Below are positions 21,799 to 32,187 of a stretch of DNA of 64,000 nt, in pieces. The position numbers and the translations under genes were made by a program. The notes beneath the pieces were generated by a model. That model did not search any database and was not told where the DNA came from. It worked only from the letters and a program-made list of their open reading frames with translations. Source of the stretch: Terriglobia bacterium. Its GTDB lineage: Bacteria > Acidobacteriota > Terriglobia > 2-12-FULL-54-10. Where the stretch lies: contig CAXVYR010000003.1 in NCBI GenBank assembly GCA_963666975.2, positions 448,001 through 512,000 on the forward strand, in the 5' to 3' direction. Each line of letters opens with the position of its first letter. Position 1 is the first letter of the stretch.

Positions 21799-22563
21799 GT
21801 GAAAAGAGAAATAGTTTTTGGATTGGCGGTTCTGGTGGGGATCATCTGGGGTGGAGGAAGCCTCCTCCGCGCCCAGCAGCCGCCGAACGCGAATCAACCG
21901 ATCAAAGCTGTGGTGTTCGATGCCTATGGAACGTTGTTTAACCCGCATACGGTTGTTCCGATTTCCGAGGAACTGTTTCCGGGGCACGGCGCCGAGTTGA
22001 GCAACATATGGCGCGCCAAACAACTGGAATACACATGGCTCCGCGGCTTGATGGGACAGTACGAAGATTTCTGGCAGGTGACCGAATCGGCCCTGTTGTA
22101 TGCCTGCAAGACTTTGAAGCTGCAGTGCGGGCCGTCCACGCACGAGCGGATGATGGAGTCCTACCTCAAGATCGACCCTTATCCGGAAGTCCGCCAAGCG
22201 CTCGGCAACCTCAGCGGCTACCGGCGGGCAATCCTCTCAAACGGCACACCGGACATGCTCCAGGCGGGGGTCCGGAGTTCCGGCCTCGATGGATTCCTAT
22301 CCCAAATCATCAGCGTGGACGAAGTAAAAACCTTCAAGCCCAATCCGCGCGTATACCAACTGGCAGTCGAGAAGCTCGGAGTCGAAAAGGGCGAAATTGC
22401 CTTCATCTCCTCGAATGCCTGGGACATCATCGGCGCAAAGGCGTTTGGTTTTTGGACCTGCTGGGTGAACCGCTCCGGAGCTACGATGGACGAAATGGGC
22501 TTCCGTCCGGATGCAACGGTCAGAAGCCTGGCGGATGTAGTGAATGTTCTGCCTGGCAGATAG
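21799..22563 (+). CDS. Haloacid dehalogenase type II with N-terminal signal peptide
   Basis: FDAYGTL, WRAKQLEYTW, LSNG, FKP, SSNAWD; hydrophobic leader after RBS GGAGG. Confidence 0.9.
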   Translation: MKREIVFGLAVLVGIIWGGGSLLRAQQPPNANQPIKAVVFDAYGTLFNPHTVVPISEELFPGHGAELSNIWRAKQLEYTWLRGLMGQYEDFWQVTESALLYACKTLKLQCGPSTHERMMESYLKIDPYPEVRQALGNLSGYRRAILSNGTPDMLQAGVRSSGLDGFLSQIISVDEVKTFKPNPRVYQLAVEKLGVEKGEIAFISSNAWDIIGAKAFGFWTCWVNRSGATMDEMGFRPDATVRSLADVVNVLPGR

Positions 22564-22633
22564 GCACGCCGCCTGACAGGAAAGCAGTGAGGACAGGGAA
22601 TTAGCCGCAAGCGGTTTCGCGCAGGCAGGCTCT

Positions 22634-24019
22634 TTACCCGCGGCGGCCCCGGATGCGACCCGCGCTGGGCGCGAACCCCTCGTAGTGCCGCATCAGCAGG
22701 TGAGACTCAATCTTGCTGACGAAGTCCATGGCCACGCCGACCACAATCAGCAACGAAGTGCCTCCGAAATAGAAAGTCACTCCGAGACCATCCAGTAAAA
22801 ATCGCGGGAAATTCTCATCGACCCATCCGCCCACATACGGGAGGTGGTGCAGATGGATCCCTGAGATCATCCACTCCGGAACCAGCGAGACCAGCGCCAA
22901 ATAACACCCGCCGACCAACGTTAAGCGCGTGAGGATGTTATTGAGATATTCCGCCGTGTTCTTGCCGGGCCGGATGCCGGGCACAAAACCGCCGTACTTG
23001 CGGATATTGTCGGCGATGTCATTCGGGTTGAAAATAATGGAGACGTAAAAGTAGGCGAAGAAGATGATGGCCGACACATAGAGCAGCGTGTACAGCGGCT
23101 CGCCCCAAGCCAGCGCCGCGAACAGACCTTGCAGGCGGGGACTCTCCGGCCCCATTAAGGCCAGCGTTTGCGGGAAGGTGAGAATCGAGGAGGCGAAGAT
23201 CACCGGCATCACGCCGCCCGCATTCACGCGAATCGGAAGGTGAGTGGACTGGCCGCCAAAGACCTTGCGTCCCACCATGCGGGTGGCGTATTGCACATTC
23301 ACCCGCCGCTCTCCCCTCTCCACCAAAACAATGCAGCCGACAGCCGCAATCATCAGGACCAGCAAGACGATCAACTGAACGAAACTCCATTCATTGGTGA
23401 CGAAAACTTTCGTCCACAGCTCAGCCCCGGCTCGCGGAAGGCCCACGACAATCCCGGTGAAGATCAGCAGGGACATGCCTTCGCCGATGCCGCGCTGCGT
23501 GATCTGTTCTCCCAGCCACATCACAAAGGTGCATCCGGCGGTGAGCGTCACAACGGTTGTGAACATAAACAGGGGACCGGGATCGTTGACAAAGCTTGAG
23601 CCCTGGAACGACTGCCGCTGGAGCGTCAGCGCGATTCCGAAGGATTGAAAAGCGCTGAGCACAACGGTCAGGTAGCGTGTGTAGAGGGTGATCTTCTGGC
23701 GGCCCATCTCGCCTTCTTTCCGCAGGCGGTCCAGATAGGGCCAGACGGGGCTGAGCAATTGCAGAATAATGGAAGCCGTGATGTAGGGCATGATGCCCAG
23801 GGCAAAGATGGTCAGCCGCCGGAAATTGCCGCCCGAAAAGATATCCACAAAGCCGAATACAGTGTCGCGATTGGCTTCAAAGAATTGTTGCAGCAGATCC
23901 GCGTTGATGCCGGGGGTCGGGACGTGGCCTCCCAGGCGAAAGACCGCCAGGATGGCCAGCGTAAAAAGAATGCGGTTGCGCAGCTCAGGGATGCTGAGGA
24001 TGTTGCGGATCGTGTTCAC
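22634..24019 (-). CDS. secY: Preprotein translocase subunit SecY
   Basis: IFALGIMPYITASII, WLGEQIT, GVMPVIFAS, VPGIRPG, FGGTSLLIVVGV. Confidence 0.97.
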   Translation of the reverse strand: MNTIRNILSIPELRNRILFTLAILAVFRLGGHVPTPGINADLLQQFFEANRDTVFGFVDIFSGGNFRRLTIFALGIMPYITASIILQLLSPVWPYLDRLRKEGEMGRQKITLYTRYLTVVLSAFQSFGIALTLQRQSFQGSSFVNDPGPLFMFTTVVTLTAGCTFVMWLGEQITQRGIGEGMSLLIFTGIVVGLPRAGAELWTKVFVTNEWSFVQLIVLLVLMIAAVGCIVLVERGERRVNVQYATRMVGRKVFGGQSTHLPIRVNAGGVMPVIFASSILTFPQTLALMGPESPRLQGLFAALAWGEPLYTLLYVSAIIFFAYFYVSIIFNPNDIADNIRKYGGFVPGIRPGKNTAEYLNNILTRLTLVGGCYLALVSLVPEWMISGIHLHHLPYVGGWVDENFPRFLLDGLGVTFYFGGTSLLIVVGVAMDFVSKIESHLLMRHYEGFAPSAGRIRGRRG

Positions 24020-24494
24020 ATGTTCTCCTGGATTTTAGAAACAACCAGTATATGCGACACAGGTCCGGTTGCCAAGCCTCTGTGCGAGGCATGCAGTTTT
24101 CCGAGCACGGCGATCAGATTCCCAGACCATGCTTCCCTATCCTTAAATACATCGCATGCGCTAATCTCCGGTGGAGCCTGCGCTTTTCCACAGTTGGCAA
24201 ATACCACCACGCCGTTACAGAGGTCACGATCATGAGATTATGGAAACCGACACAGTTTTCATAGGGGACCATGTTGCAACACACGGATTCTTTTCCATCC
24301 CGCAAGCAACTCCGCAGCCCTTCTCGCGGCCCTTCATTTGATTCCCGCATAGCAGTCCTGCATTTCGAGACCAAGGAAGGTGGATTTTCCAGTTGCATTT
24401 TGTGCTGAGCGTTGCTAGATTTTCTTAACCGCTGTCCTACTTAGGCTTGTCTGTTGCTCCGAAGGCAGACCCGAGGAAAATCTGTGAAACGAGG

Positions 24495-25032
24495 ATGAAT
24501 CCTGTGGAAACACTCAACACCTCGAGAAGTTCGCGGCGCAGCTCCCGAATCTCGGTCTCTATCCCAGTCGAAGTATATTACAGAGAGAGCGCAGGACGGG
24601 AAATTCGCGTGCATGCAAATAGCTCGCTTTACCGATCTCGTGAATAAACATGGTGCTCGCTTTACCTCGAAACATTCTTTTCCGATAGATTCCGAGGTTA
24701 TCCTGAGCATTCCACATATGCAGAAGCAACAACATTGCCGGGTGGCTTGGGTGAGTCAGGAGGCCGACAAGCAAAACAATTATGAAGTCGCAGTTGAGTT
24801 GGAGCATCCGGATAATTTTTTTGGAGTACAATTTCCTCCGGATGATTGGAACATTTTCCAACCGCTCCCGTTGCCAGGTGATCCCTCCGGCAACACCATT
24901 CCACAAAGTGAGATGCGCGAATACGAGCTGCAAAGGCTTAGCTCCGTCATGAACGCTCTGATCGCTCTGCTGGGCGAAAAAGGGGTGCTCACCCGTTCCG
25001 AGTTGGCCGAGACGCTCAAGCAAATAAACTAA
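24495..25032 (+). pseudogene. PilZ-domain protein, frameshifted near 24620
   Basis: RxxxR motif (RRSSRISVSIPVEV) lies in the 24495 frame and VNKHGARF...CRVAWV in the 24613 frame. Confidence 0.7.
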
Positions 25033-25124
25033 GCGGGATTTTATCCGTAAACCAGCCCGTTGCGAGAATAAGCGCTTCCTTCGGCAAGCTCAGGGAAGGC
25101 TGACCTCGGGGCATCATTCGGCTA

Positions 25125-25808
25125 TTATTCGACTGGCTTGCAGGCGGAGAGCAGCAGGGCGCCCAGTTCCCGGAAGCGGTGAAGCTCGCCCGGCTCCGAA
25201 AACGATGCGTCGAGTGAGCCTTCGGGAAGAGGGCTCCGGTCGGGAATCATGCGCTGGATAAAGCCTGCGTAGCCGCAGCGCCCAAAAAGCGCGCCATACT
25301 CCTCCGCGCTCAGCAACTGTACCGGCACCTTCAATTTCTGCACCCAGCGAAGCGAGAGTTCGTTCTCTTTCGAGAGATGGTTCACTACCCAAACCGATCC
25401 GCCCGGAGACAACACACGGTAAATCTCCCGCAACGCTTTTTCCGGGTCTTCGTAGTAATAGAACGATTCGACGCACAGCACCTTGCTGAAGAAGCTGTCC
25501 TGCCAGGGAATATCTTCGGCCTCTCCCAGAATAAACATCAGGTGTTCGCATGCCGCTGACTTTGCCCGTGCGTTGCGAACCATTTCATCGGAAATGTCCA
25601 GGCCCACCACAGAACCCTCCGGGACACGTTGAGCCAGCAAGCGGCTGGCCCAGCCTTCTCCGCAGCCCAGCTCCAGGCAGCGGTCACGGGGCTCAATCGC
25701 CATCATTTCGATGACGCTCTCGACAAAGGGAAGATGGTGCGACTCCATGGCCGCCCCGCGCCCGTCGAGAGCCCACTGGTTGAATTCTGTACGCAGTTTT
25801 TCACTCAT
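25125..25808 (-). CDS. Class I SAM-dependent methyltransferase
   Basis: LELGCGEGW, GLDIS, ESFYYY, RVLSPGG; start MSEKLR at 25808. Confidence 0.88.
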   Translation of the reverse strand: MSEKLRTEFNQWALDGRGAAMESHHLPFVESVIEMMAIEPRDRCLELGCGEGWASRLLAQRVPEGSVVGLDISDEMVRNARAKSAACEHLMFILGEAEDIPWQDSFFSKVLCVESFYYYEDPEKALREIYRVLSPGGSVWVVNHLSKENELSLRWVQKLKVPVQLLSAEEYGALFGRCGYAGFIQRMIPDRSPLPEGSLDASFSEPGELHRFRELGALLLSACKPVE

Positions 25809-27054
25809 CGGAATGCTCCGGCTCAACCGGACCAAGATGGCTTTCCAGGCGGCTCCACGCGAAGGGGGCGGAAATCACGAAAAGGTATAGCATTAACACC
25901 TCGGAATCGCCAAAATTGAACTCGAACAGGCCGGCCACCAGCAATCCCACGGTAGCGGCGACCGCTGCATGACCTAACACTTGTGTCTTAGCATCTGCAC
26001 TTCGCCCAGCCGTAATACCCTCATGTGCTACTTGATAAATTAACCATAACCATATTAACAAAAACGGAATACCTCTTTCAGCCGCAAGCTGCAAGTAGTC
26101 ATTGTGCAGATGGCCATACCATGCTGGGGGCACCGGTAGCGAGGCCGGCTTATAGCGGAAGAACTCCGCTCCCACCCGCTGCGGGCCCACGCCGAACCAT
26201 GGATGGGCTGCGATCATCTCCAAGCCTGTGTGAAGCATCAGTAGCCGCGAACGGTTCGAACTATCCGTCTGGGTGTCCAGGATGGAATGCGCGCGTTCCT
26301 GTAGCCATGGAGGCGCAACCAGATAGAGCAACAGGACCGCTGCCGGAAGTATCCACAACAGCCTGGGCCGGAAGCGCACCAGCAGATAAGTTGTTCCCGC
26401 GAAAGTGCCGAGCCACACCCCGCGCGTGAAGCTCGCTAGAAGCGCCAGCGCAATGGGAGCCAGGCAAAGCCACCACCAGAGGCTTCTCCTGTCCTGGCGG
26501 GGGAAGAACAGCACAGAGGCCAGCAGCAGCAGAAACATCAGCATTAATTCGCCGCTGAACGTCATCCAGTGGCCCATAAAGCCGGTGATCTGGTTCTTCA
26601 CCACATAGTTTTCGTAAAACGGCAAGCCCTGCCGCTGCAAAGCCATGTATCGATAAACAAACTGTCCCAGCCCATACAACGCCGCGAGGGTCCCCGCCAG
26701 AATCATTGCTTGCGAAGCCTGCCAGAGCTGCTGACGCTGCCGGTAGGCATTGTAAACAACCAGCAAAATGAAGAAGACAAAGAGCTTGCGAACCTGCGGC
26801 AATCCGGCCACCGGAGCAGTTGAGAAGGCCAGGGAAAGAAGCGTCCATCCAATAAAAGCCAGCAGCGGGAACCGCAGGCGGGCAGGGAACTCTATGGCAT
26901 GGCGGCTCAGGAGCAAGGAGAGCAGCGCCATGGAAAGCAGGATTTGAGCGGCAGCAATTGAAAACAGCGTTGCAACGGCTGCCAGGGCTGTCAGAAGCGG
27001 GGTGACTCTCTCCATTCGGCCAGAAAGGTCCCAGCGGCTGGTTGTGGTCTCCAA
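25801..27054 (-). CDS. O-antigen ligase family (Wzy_C) membrane protein
   Basis: Multi-TM protein; SFTRGVW, HPWFGVG, HLHNDYLQLAAERG. Confidence 0.88.
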   Translation of the reverse strand: METTTSRWDLSGRMERVTPLLTALAAVATLFSIAAAQILLSMALLSLLLSRHAIEFPARLRFPLLAFIGWTLLSLAFSTAPVAGLPQVRKLFVFFILLVVYNAYRQRQQLWQASQAMILAGTLAALYGLGQFVYRYMALQRQGLPFYENYVVKNQITGFMGHWMTFSGELMLMFLLLLASVLFFPRQDRRSLWWWLCLAPIALALLASFTRGVWLGTFAGTTYLLVRFRPRLLWILPAAVLLLYLVAPPWLQERAHSILDTQTDSSNRSRLLMLHTGLEMIAAHPWFGVGPQRVGAEFFRYKPASLPVPPAWYGHLHNDYLQLAAERGIPFLLIWLWLIYQVAHEGITAGRSADAKTQVLGHAAVAATVGLLVAGLFEFNFGDSEVLMLYLFVISAPFAWSRLESHLGPVEPEHSDE

Positions 27055-27206
27055 CGGGTCTCACTTTCCCGTGATAGTGTTTTGGAAACCAATCTACCGG
27101 AAGCGCAGCGATGGTTCAAGCGGAATGGGTCAAGCAGAATGGAATCGGTGCAATCGAGGTAATCTCCCTGCCCGACACAAAATCGTCCACAGTGTATGCT
27201 CGGGCG

Positions 27207-27893
27207 ATGAAGTTACCGACGGACTGGCTGGAAGCGGTTTTGCTGGCGGTCTTATTGGTGGGAATTCCGGCAATGGCGTTGCGGATGAGGCGAGCCAGGG
27301 AGGAATTGCTGCGGAGGCCGCGTGCGGAGTTATACCGGCACAGCATTCTGTGGCAGTGGTCGCTTACCGCGGCCGTGCTGGCGGCGATCTATTATGGCTC
27401 CGTCCCCGGCGGCTTGCCGGGTTTAACAGTTCCTTCGCTTCCGATTAGCCTCCTGGCGACGCTTGCGGTTTTGGTTGCGCTGCTGGGGATCGGAAGGGCC
27501 TTTGCGCGCCGGGAGGATGAATCACGGGCGATCGTGTTGAAATTGATTCCACGGACGTCCATGGAAAAAGGACTCTTTCTCGTGCTGGCGTTGACGGCAG
27601 GCATTTGCGAAGAATTCCTTTACCGAGGTTTTGTAATTTCCCGCCTGTCGTCGCTTTTTTCTTCAATTATCTGGCCGTCTTTGCTCTCCACTGCGGCCTT
27701 CGCGCTGACCCATGCCTATCAAGGAGGGTTCGGAATGCTGCGGGCATTTGTGATGGGATGGGCTCTGGTAGCTGCATACTTCTGGAGTGGCAGTTTAATA
27801 CCGTGCATGATCGGCCATGCGATGATCGACTTGCTGGTCGGTTTTTATCTCGGGCCGCAGCGACTGCGACACGATGATTATCAGGCCGAATAG
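27207..27893 (+). CDS. CPBP family intramembrane glutamic endopeptidase
   Basis: EEFLYRG, FALTHAYQG, HAMID motifs. Confidence 0.88.
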   Translation: MKLPTDWLEAVLLAVLLVGIPAMALRMRRAREELLRRPRAELYRHSILWQWSLTAAVLAAIYYGSVPGGLPGLTVPSLPISLLATLAVLVALLGIGRAFARREDESRAIVLKLIPRTSMEKGLFLVLALTAGICEEFLYRGFVISRLSSLFSSIIWPSLLSTAAFALTHAYQGGFGMLRAFVMGWALVAAYFWSGSLIPCMIGHAMIDLLVGFYLGPQRLRHDDYQAE

Positions 27894-28076
27894 CAACTTC
27901 CGGGGAGGGCCGCGATATTCCAGACACTCCCGTGCAGGCACAATGCTGACAGAGAGACCTTGCATGGCAAGCAAAGGAGCAGCATAATTCAGCCTAATAG
28001 CATTTCCCGTGTTTTGTTTTCGCCATGTTGATGAGCGCAAGAAAGCGCTGAGCAGCCAATATGCAAGGAGGATGAT

Positions 28077-28910
28077 TTGAAGAGGCCGTGGCGTGTAGGT
28101 TTTCAGGGAGAGCGAGGCGCGTTCCATGAGATTGCGGCAGGGAAATTCGTCCCGCGACGACGGGAACTGGTTCCGCTACCGAACTTCCGTGCCCTGTTTC
28201 ACGCTCTGGCTTCACGCAAGATTGACTATGCAGCCGTAGCCATTGAAAACACCTTAGCCGGGTCGCTTCATGAAAACTACGACCTCTTGCTGAAATATCA
28301 CCTGCCGATCCTGACGGAGACCAAAGTCCGGATCGTGCATAACTTGATCGCTCCTCCCAGAGTTCCCTTCAAGTCTATTCGGAAAGTGTATTCCCAATCC
28401 GTGGCGCTCGGACAATGCGTGAAATTTCTTGACAAGTACAAACGCCTCGAGCCCGTCCCCTTTTACGACACGGCGGGAAGCGTCAAGATGATCCTTGCAG
28501 AAAAGTTAACGGATGCTGCGGCTGTTGCTAGTGAAGCCGCGGCGGTGCTCTACGGCGGGCACATCTTGAAGCGGGATATTGGGGACCATAAACAGAATTA
28601 CACGCGATTTTTCCTTCTGGCACACCCTTCCATGGCTAAATCCCGCCCCCCCGGCACCAAAACCTCTATTGCTTTTGTGACACGGAACATTTCGGGGGCT
28701 CTTTTCCGCTGTATCAGCGTATTTGCCCTGCGCGATATCAACCTCACGAAGATAGAATCCCGTCCGCTGCCAGGCCGGCCCTGGGAATATCTGTTTTATC
28801 TGGACTTTATGGGCAATCCTGCTTCGCCTTCTGTCCGTAACGCATTGAATAATCTAGCTGAAATGACAGAATTTCTGCGTATTTTAGGCTGTTATTCGAT
28901 TGTTTCCTAG
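28077..28910 (+). CDS. pheA: Prephenate dehydratase
   Basis: FQGERGA, IENTLAGS, NYTRF, ACT domain NLTKIESRP. Confidence 0.93.
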   Translation: MKRPWRVGFQGERGAFHEIAAGKFVPRRRELVPLPNFRALFHALASRKIDYAAVAIENTLAGSLHENYDLLLKYHLPILTETKVRIVHNLIAPPRVPFKSIRKVYSQSVALGQCVKFLDKYKRLEPVPFYDTAGSVKMILAEKLTDAAAVASEAAAVLYGGHILKRDIGDHKQNYTRFFLLAHPSMAKSRPPGTKTSIAFVTRNISGALFRCISVFALRDINLTKIESRPLPGRPWEYLFYLDFMGNPASPSVRNALNNLAEMTEFLRILGCYSIVS

Positions 28911-29037
28911 TTCCCGCCTAAAGTTGTTCCCATAAGATGGCGAAAGACATTTCAGGGGGTGAGGATACCCCTGAAATCCTAATAGCCGGTATGAGGTCAA
29001 GTTCCCGATAGCGGGCCTATCGTTCAACTGAGGAGAT

Positions 29038-31455
29038 ATGCGCCAGCCAGAAATAGAAGCCGAAGCGAAACAACCTGTTGACCTCAAAGAAGTGTCTATC
29101 CTGCCGGTTCGCGATACGGTTTTGTTTCCCCACGCCGTGTTACCGCTCACCATAGGCCGGGAAAGCTCCATCGCTCTGATCCAATCGCTCGGCGAGGAGA
29201 AAATAATTGCGGTTGCAGCTCAGCAGGACCCTCATACAGATACTCCCCAGCCGGGTGATCTGCACGAAGTAGGAACATTAGCTCTGGTTCATAAAGTGAT
29301 CCGAATGCCGAACCAGACCTTGTTCATTTTCGTGGAGGGGCTCGAACGCATCCGCATCCAGAACTACACCCACAAAACACCTTTCCTCAAGGGTCAGGTT
29401 GAGAGGTTGCTGGAAACCGAAATAGAAAAAAAGTCGGATGAGGGGGCGCTCCATCGCAATGTAGTGGCTCTTTTCCAGCAGCTGGTGGCCGTTTCACCGG
29501 GGCTTTCCGACGAGTTGCAGACGATTGTGCTGAATATCGAAGAACCCGGAAGGCTGTCGGACTTTGCCGCGGGTTCATTAGGTTTTCTGACGACACCACA
29601 GCGGCAAGAACTGCTGGAAACATTGCATATTGGCGAGCGTCTCAATTTAGTGAATGGCTACATCAAGCGGGAACTGGAGCTTCACGACCTGCGCACGAGA
29701 ATCCAGTCGCAGGTGCAGGACCAGCTTTCGCAAGAGCAGAAGGAGTTTTATCTTCGGGAACAGATCAAAGTCATCCAGAAGGAATTGGGCGACGGCGAAG
29801 AAGGGCCGCGCGAGATTGAGGATCTGAAGAAAAAGATTGCCGAAGCGAAGATGCCGGAAGAAGTGGAGAAAGAAGCCCGGAAAGAGTTGAAGCGTTTCTC
29901 CGGAATGTCCCCCACCGCGCCCGAACACACCATCATCCGGACCTATCTGGATTGGATGGTGTCGATGCCGTGGAACCGGTCGAGTAAGCAGCAGATCAAC
30001 ATCTCCAAGGCTCAGGAGATTCTGGACGAAGACCATTACGATTTGGAAAAAGTCAAAGAGAGAATCCTGGAATATTTGTCTGTCCTGCAGCTCAAGCCTG
30101 GTATGAAGGGACCCATCCTTTGTTTTGTCGGGCCGCCGGGAGTAGGCAAAACCTCGCTCGGCAAGTCGATTGCCCGTGCCCTAGGCCGCAAATTCATCCG
30201 GCTTTCCCTCGGCGGCGTCCACGATGAGGCGGAGATTCGCGGTCATCGCCGCACATACATCGCCGCCATGCCGGGACAGATCCTGCAGGGCATCCGGCGG
30301 GCCGGGAGCAACGATCCGGTCTTCATGCTGGACGAGGTGGACAAAATCGGCCGGGACTTCCGCGGCGACCCGGCTTCAGCGCTATTGGAAGCGCTGGATC
30401 CGGAACAGAATTCCACCTTCCGCGACAACTACCTGGATGTGCCGTTTGATCTTTCCAAGGTCCTCTTCATTACTACGGCCAATGTGCTCGACCCCATCCC
30501 GGACGCCCTTCGCGACCGCATGGAGATGCTGGAGCTTCCTGGCTATACGGAAGATGAAAAAATCCAGATTGCCGTTCGCCACGTAATACCGCGCCAGGCT
30601 GAAGAGCACGGTATCCTGCTCGAGGAAAACATCCAGTTTACGGAGGTCGCTCTCCGGGAGTTGATCCGCAACTACACACGCGAAGCGGGACTCCGCAACA
30701 TGGAGCGCAACATCGCCGCGCTTTGCCGCAAGCAGGCACGGCGCATCGCCGAAGGAGGCGGGCAACTGCTGGTGGTGGACACGGACGGAATCCGGCATCA
30801 TCTGGGCGCTCCCAAAACGCCGCCGGAGAGTGAGATCGCCGAGCGCACCCAAAGGCCGGGCGTGGCGGTGGGGCTGGCATGGACTCCTACGGGGGGCGAC
30901 ATCCTGTTTATCGAAGCCAACCAGATGCCTGGCAAAAAGCAACTGATCATGACAGGACACCTGGGCCAAGTCATGCAGGAATCCATGCAGGCTGCCCTGA
31001 CTTGGGTGCGCTCACACTCCGAGCAATGGCGTCTGGGACCGGACCATTTCGACAAACGCGAAGTCCACCTGCACGTGCCCGCAGGAGCAATCCCGAAAGA
31101 CGGGCCTTCCGCCGGAGTCACCATGGCCACCGCGTTGGTTTCCATGCTGACCGGGAGACGGGTTAGGCAAAAGCTCGCCATGACGGGCGAGATCACCTTA
31201 AGCGGGATGGTGCTGCCGGTGGGCGGGATCAAAGAAAAAGTGCTCGCAGCGAAAAGGGCCGGAATCCTGGAGCTGATCCTGCCATTCCAGAACACTGTAA
31301 ACGTAGAGGAAGATATCAAGAAGGAGCAACTGGAAGGACTGACTCTCCACTACGTGAAAACGATGGAGGAGGCGATCCGCCTGGCTCTGGAGCCTTCGAA
31401 ACCACCGGCGCCCGCAACCGCGTCTTCCATGCCCTTTCTGGTCCGGGCAAATTAA
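29038..31455 (+). CDS. lon: ATP-dependent protease La
   Basis: LON N-domain, GPPGVGKTS, LDEVDK, PKDGPSAG, GGIKEK. Confidence 0.98.
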   Translation: MRQPEIEAEAKQPVDLKEVSILPVRDTVLFPHAVLPLTIGRESSIALIQSLGEEKIIAVAAQQDPHTDTPQPGDLHEVGTLALVHKVIRMPNQTLFIFVEGLERIRIQNYTHKTPFLKGQVERLLETEIEKKSDEGALHRNVVALFQQLVAVSPGLSDELQTIVLNIEEPGRLSDFAAGSLGFLTTPQRQELLETLHIGERLNLVNGYIKRELELHDLRTRIQSQVQDQLSQEQKEFYLREQIKVIQKELGDGEEGPREIEDLKKKIAEAKMPEEVEKEARKELKRFSGMSPTAPEHTIIRTYLDWMVSMPWNRSSKQQINISKAQEILDEDHYDLEKVKERILEYLSVLQLKPGMKGPILCFVGPPGVGKTSLGKSIARALGRKFIRLSLGGVHDEAEIRGHRRTYIAAMPGQILQGIRRAGSNDPVFMLDEVDKIGRDFRGDPASALLEALDPEQNSTFRDNYLDVPFDLSKVLFITTANVLDPIPDALRDRMEMLELPGYTEDEKIQIAVRHVIPRQAEEHGILLEENIQFTEVALRELIRNYTREAGLRNMERNIAALCRKQARRIAEGGGQLLVVDTDGIRHHLGAPKTPPESEIAERTQRPGVAVGLAWTPTGGDILFIEANQMPGKKQLIMTGHLGQVMQESMQAALTWVRSHSEQWRLGPDHFDKREVHLHVPAGAIPKDGPSAGVTMATALVSMLTGRRVRQKLAMTGEITLSGMVLPVGGIKEKVLAAKRAGILELILPFQNTVNVEEDIKKEQLEGLTLHYVKTMEEAIRLALEPSKPPAPATASSMPFLVRAN

Positions 31456-31662
31456 CTTTCCATTTCGCCGGAAACGTTTGGACTGGAACGCCACCGCCAC
31501 TCTGCAGATTCACTCCAATCTTTCGGTGGCCTCGCGCACTCCCATTTTATTGCCATCCACAAAAGCTTTCCTGGGATTCTTCTGCCCGGAGGAGTTCATG
31601 GTTTGACGGGAACAACAGACCGTTCTAATAATTACTTTCGGAACCACGCAAAGATAGGGATA

Positions 31663-32187
31663 ATGTTGGACTGGCGGCCATGCCGCCGGCACTCATGCAG
31701 GGAGGCGGCCATCAAAAAATTCACAACTCGGATTCGTGTGTACTGGGCTGATTGCGATTCGGCGGGCATTCTCTACTACGGCAATTTTTTTCGTTACTTT
31801 GAAATAGCAGAAGAGGAACTTTACTTCTCGCTGGGGCGCCCTCGCGTCGATATTTTTAACGGGTTGCAGGTGGGTTTTCCTCGCGTAGAGACGTGGTGCA
31901 AGTTCTTCAAGCCGGCCCGCCATGGCGATTTGATGGTAGTGACCGTGTGGATTGGGCGGCGGACGGAGAAAACGCTCCTCTTTCAATTTGAACTGCGCCG
32001 GGAGGGAGACACGGAGCTGGCTGCCGAGGGCGGCTACACCGTCGTTTGCGTGGACAGGAAGCGGTTTCAGTCCATCCCGTTGCACTCCCAGGTGCTGGAA
32101 ATTCTACAGGATTATCTCCCTCCGGCGACGGCCTCTACTGGCAAAGCATCTGGGAAAAGGGGTAGGGGAGGGAAGGGAAGCCCTTAG
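31663..32187 (+). CDS. Acyl-CoA thioesterase (4HBT/YbgC family); start uncertain
   Basis: [18 protein letters not shown] hotdog-fold motif; nearest ATG is 31663, but the RBS suggests ATC 31711. Confidence 0.85.
   Translation: MLDWRPCRRHSCREAAIKKFTTRIRVYWADCDSAGILYYGNFFRYFEIAEEELYFSLGRPRVDIFNGLQVGFPRVETWCKFFKPARHGDLMVVTVWIGRRTEKTLLFQFELRREGDTELAAEGGYTVVCVDRKRFQSIPLHSQVLEILQDYLPPATASTGKASGKRGRGGKGSP

Noticed and set aside
24016-24240. Short ORF upstream of secY (EISACDVFKDREAWSGNLIAVLGKL)
   Set aside because: May be a gene remnant, but it is too short and has no clear RBS or family motif.
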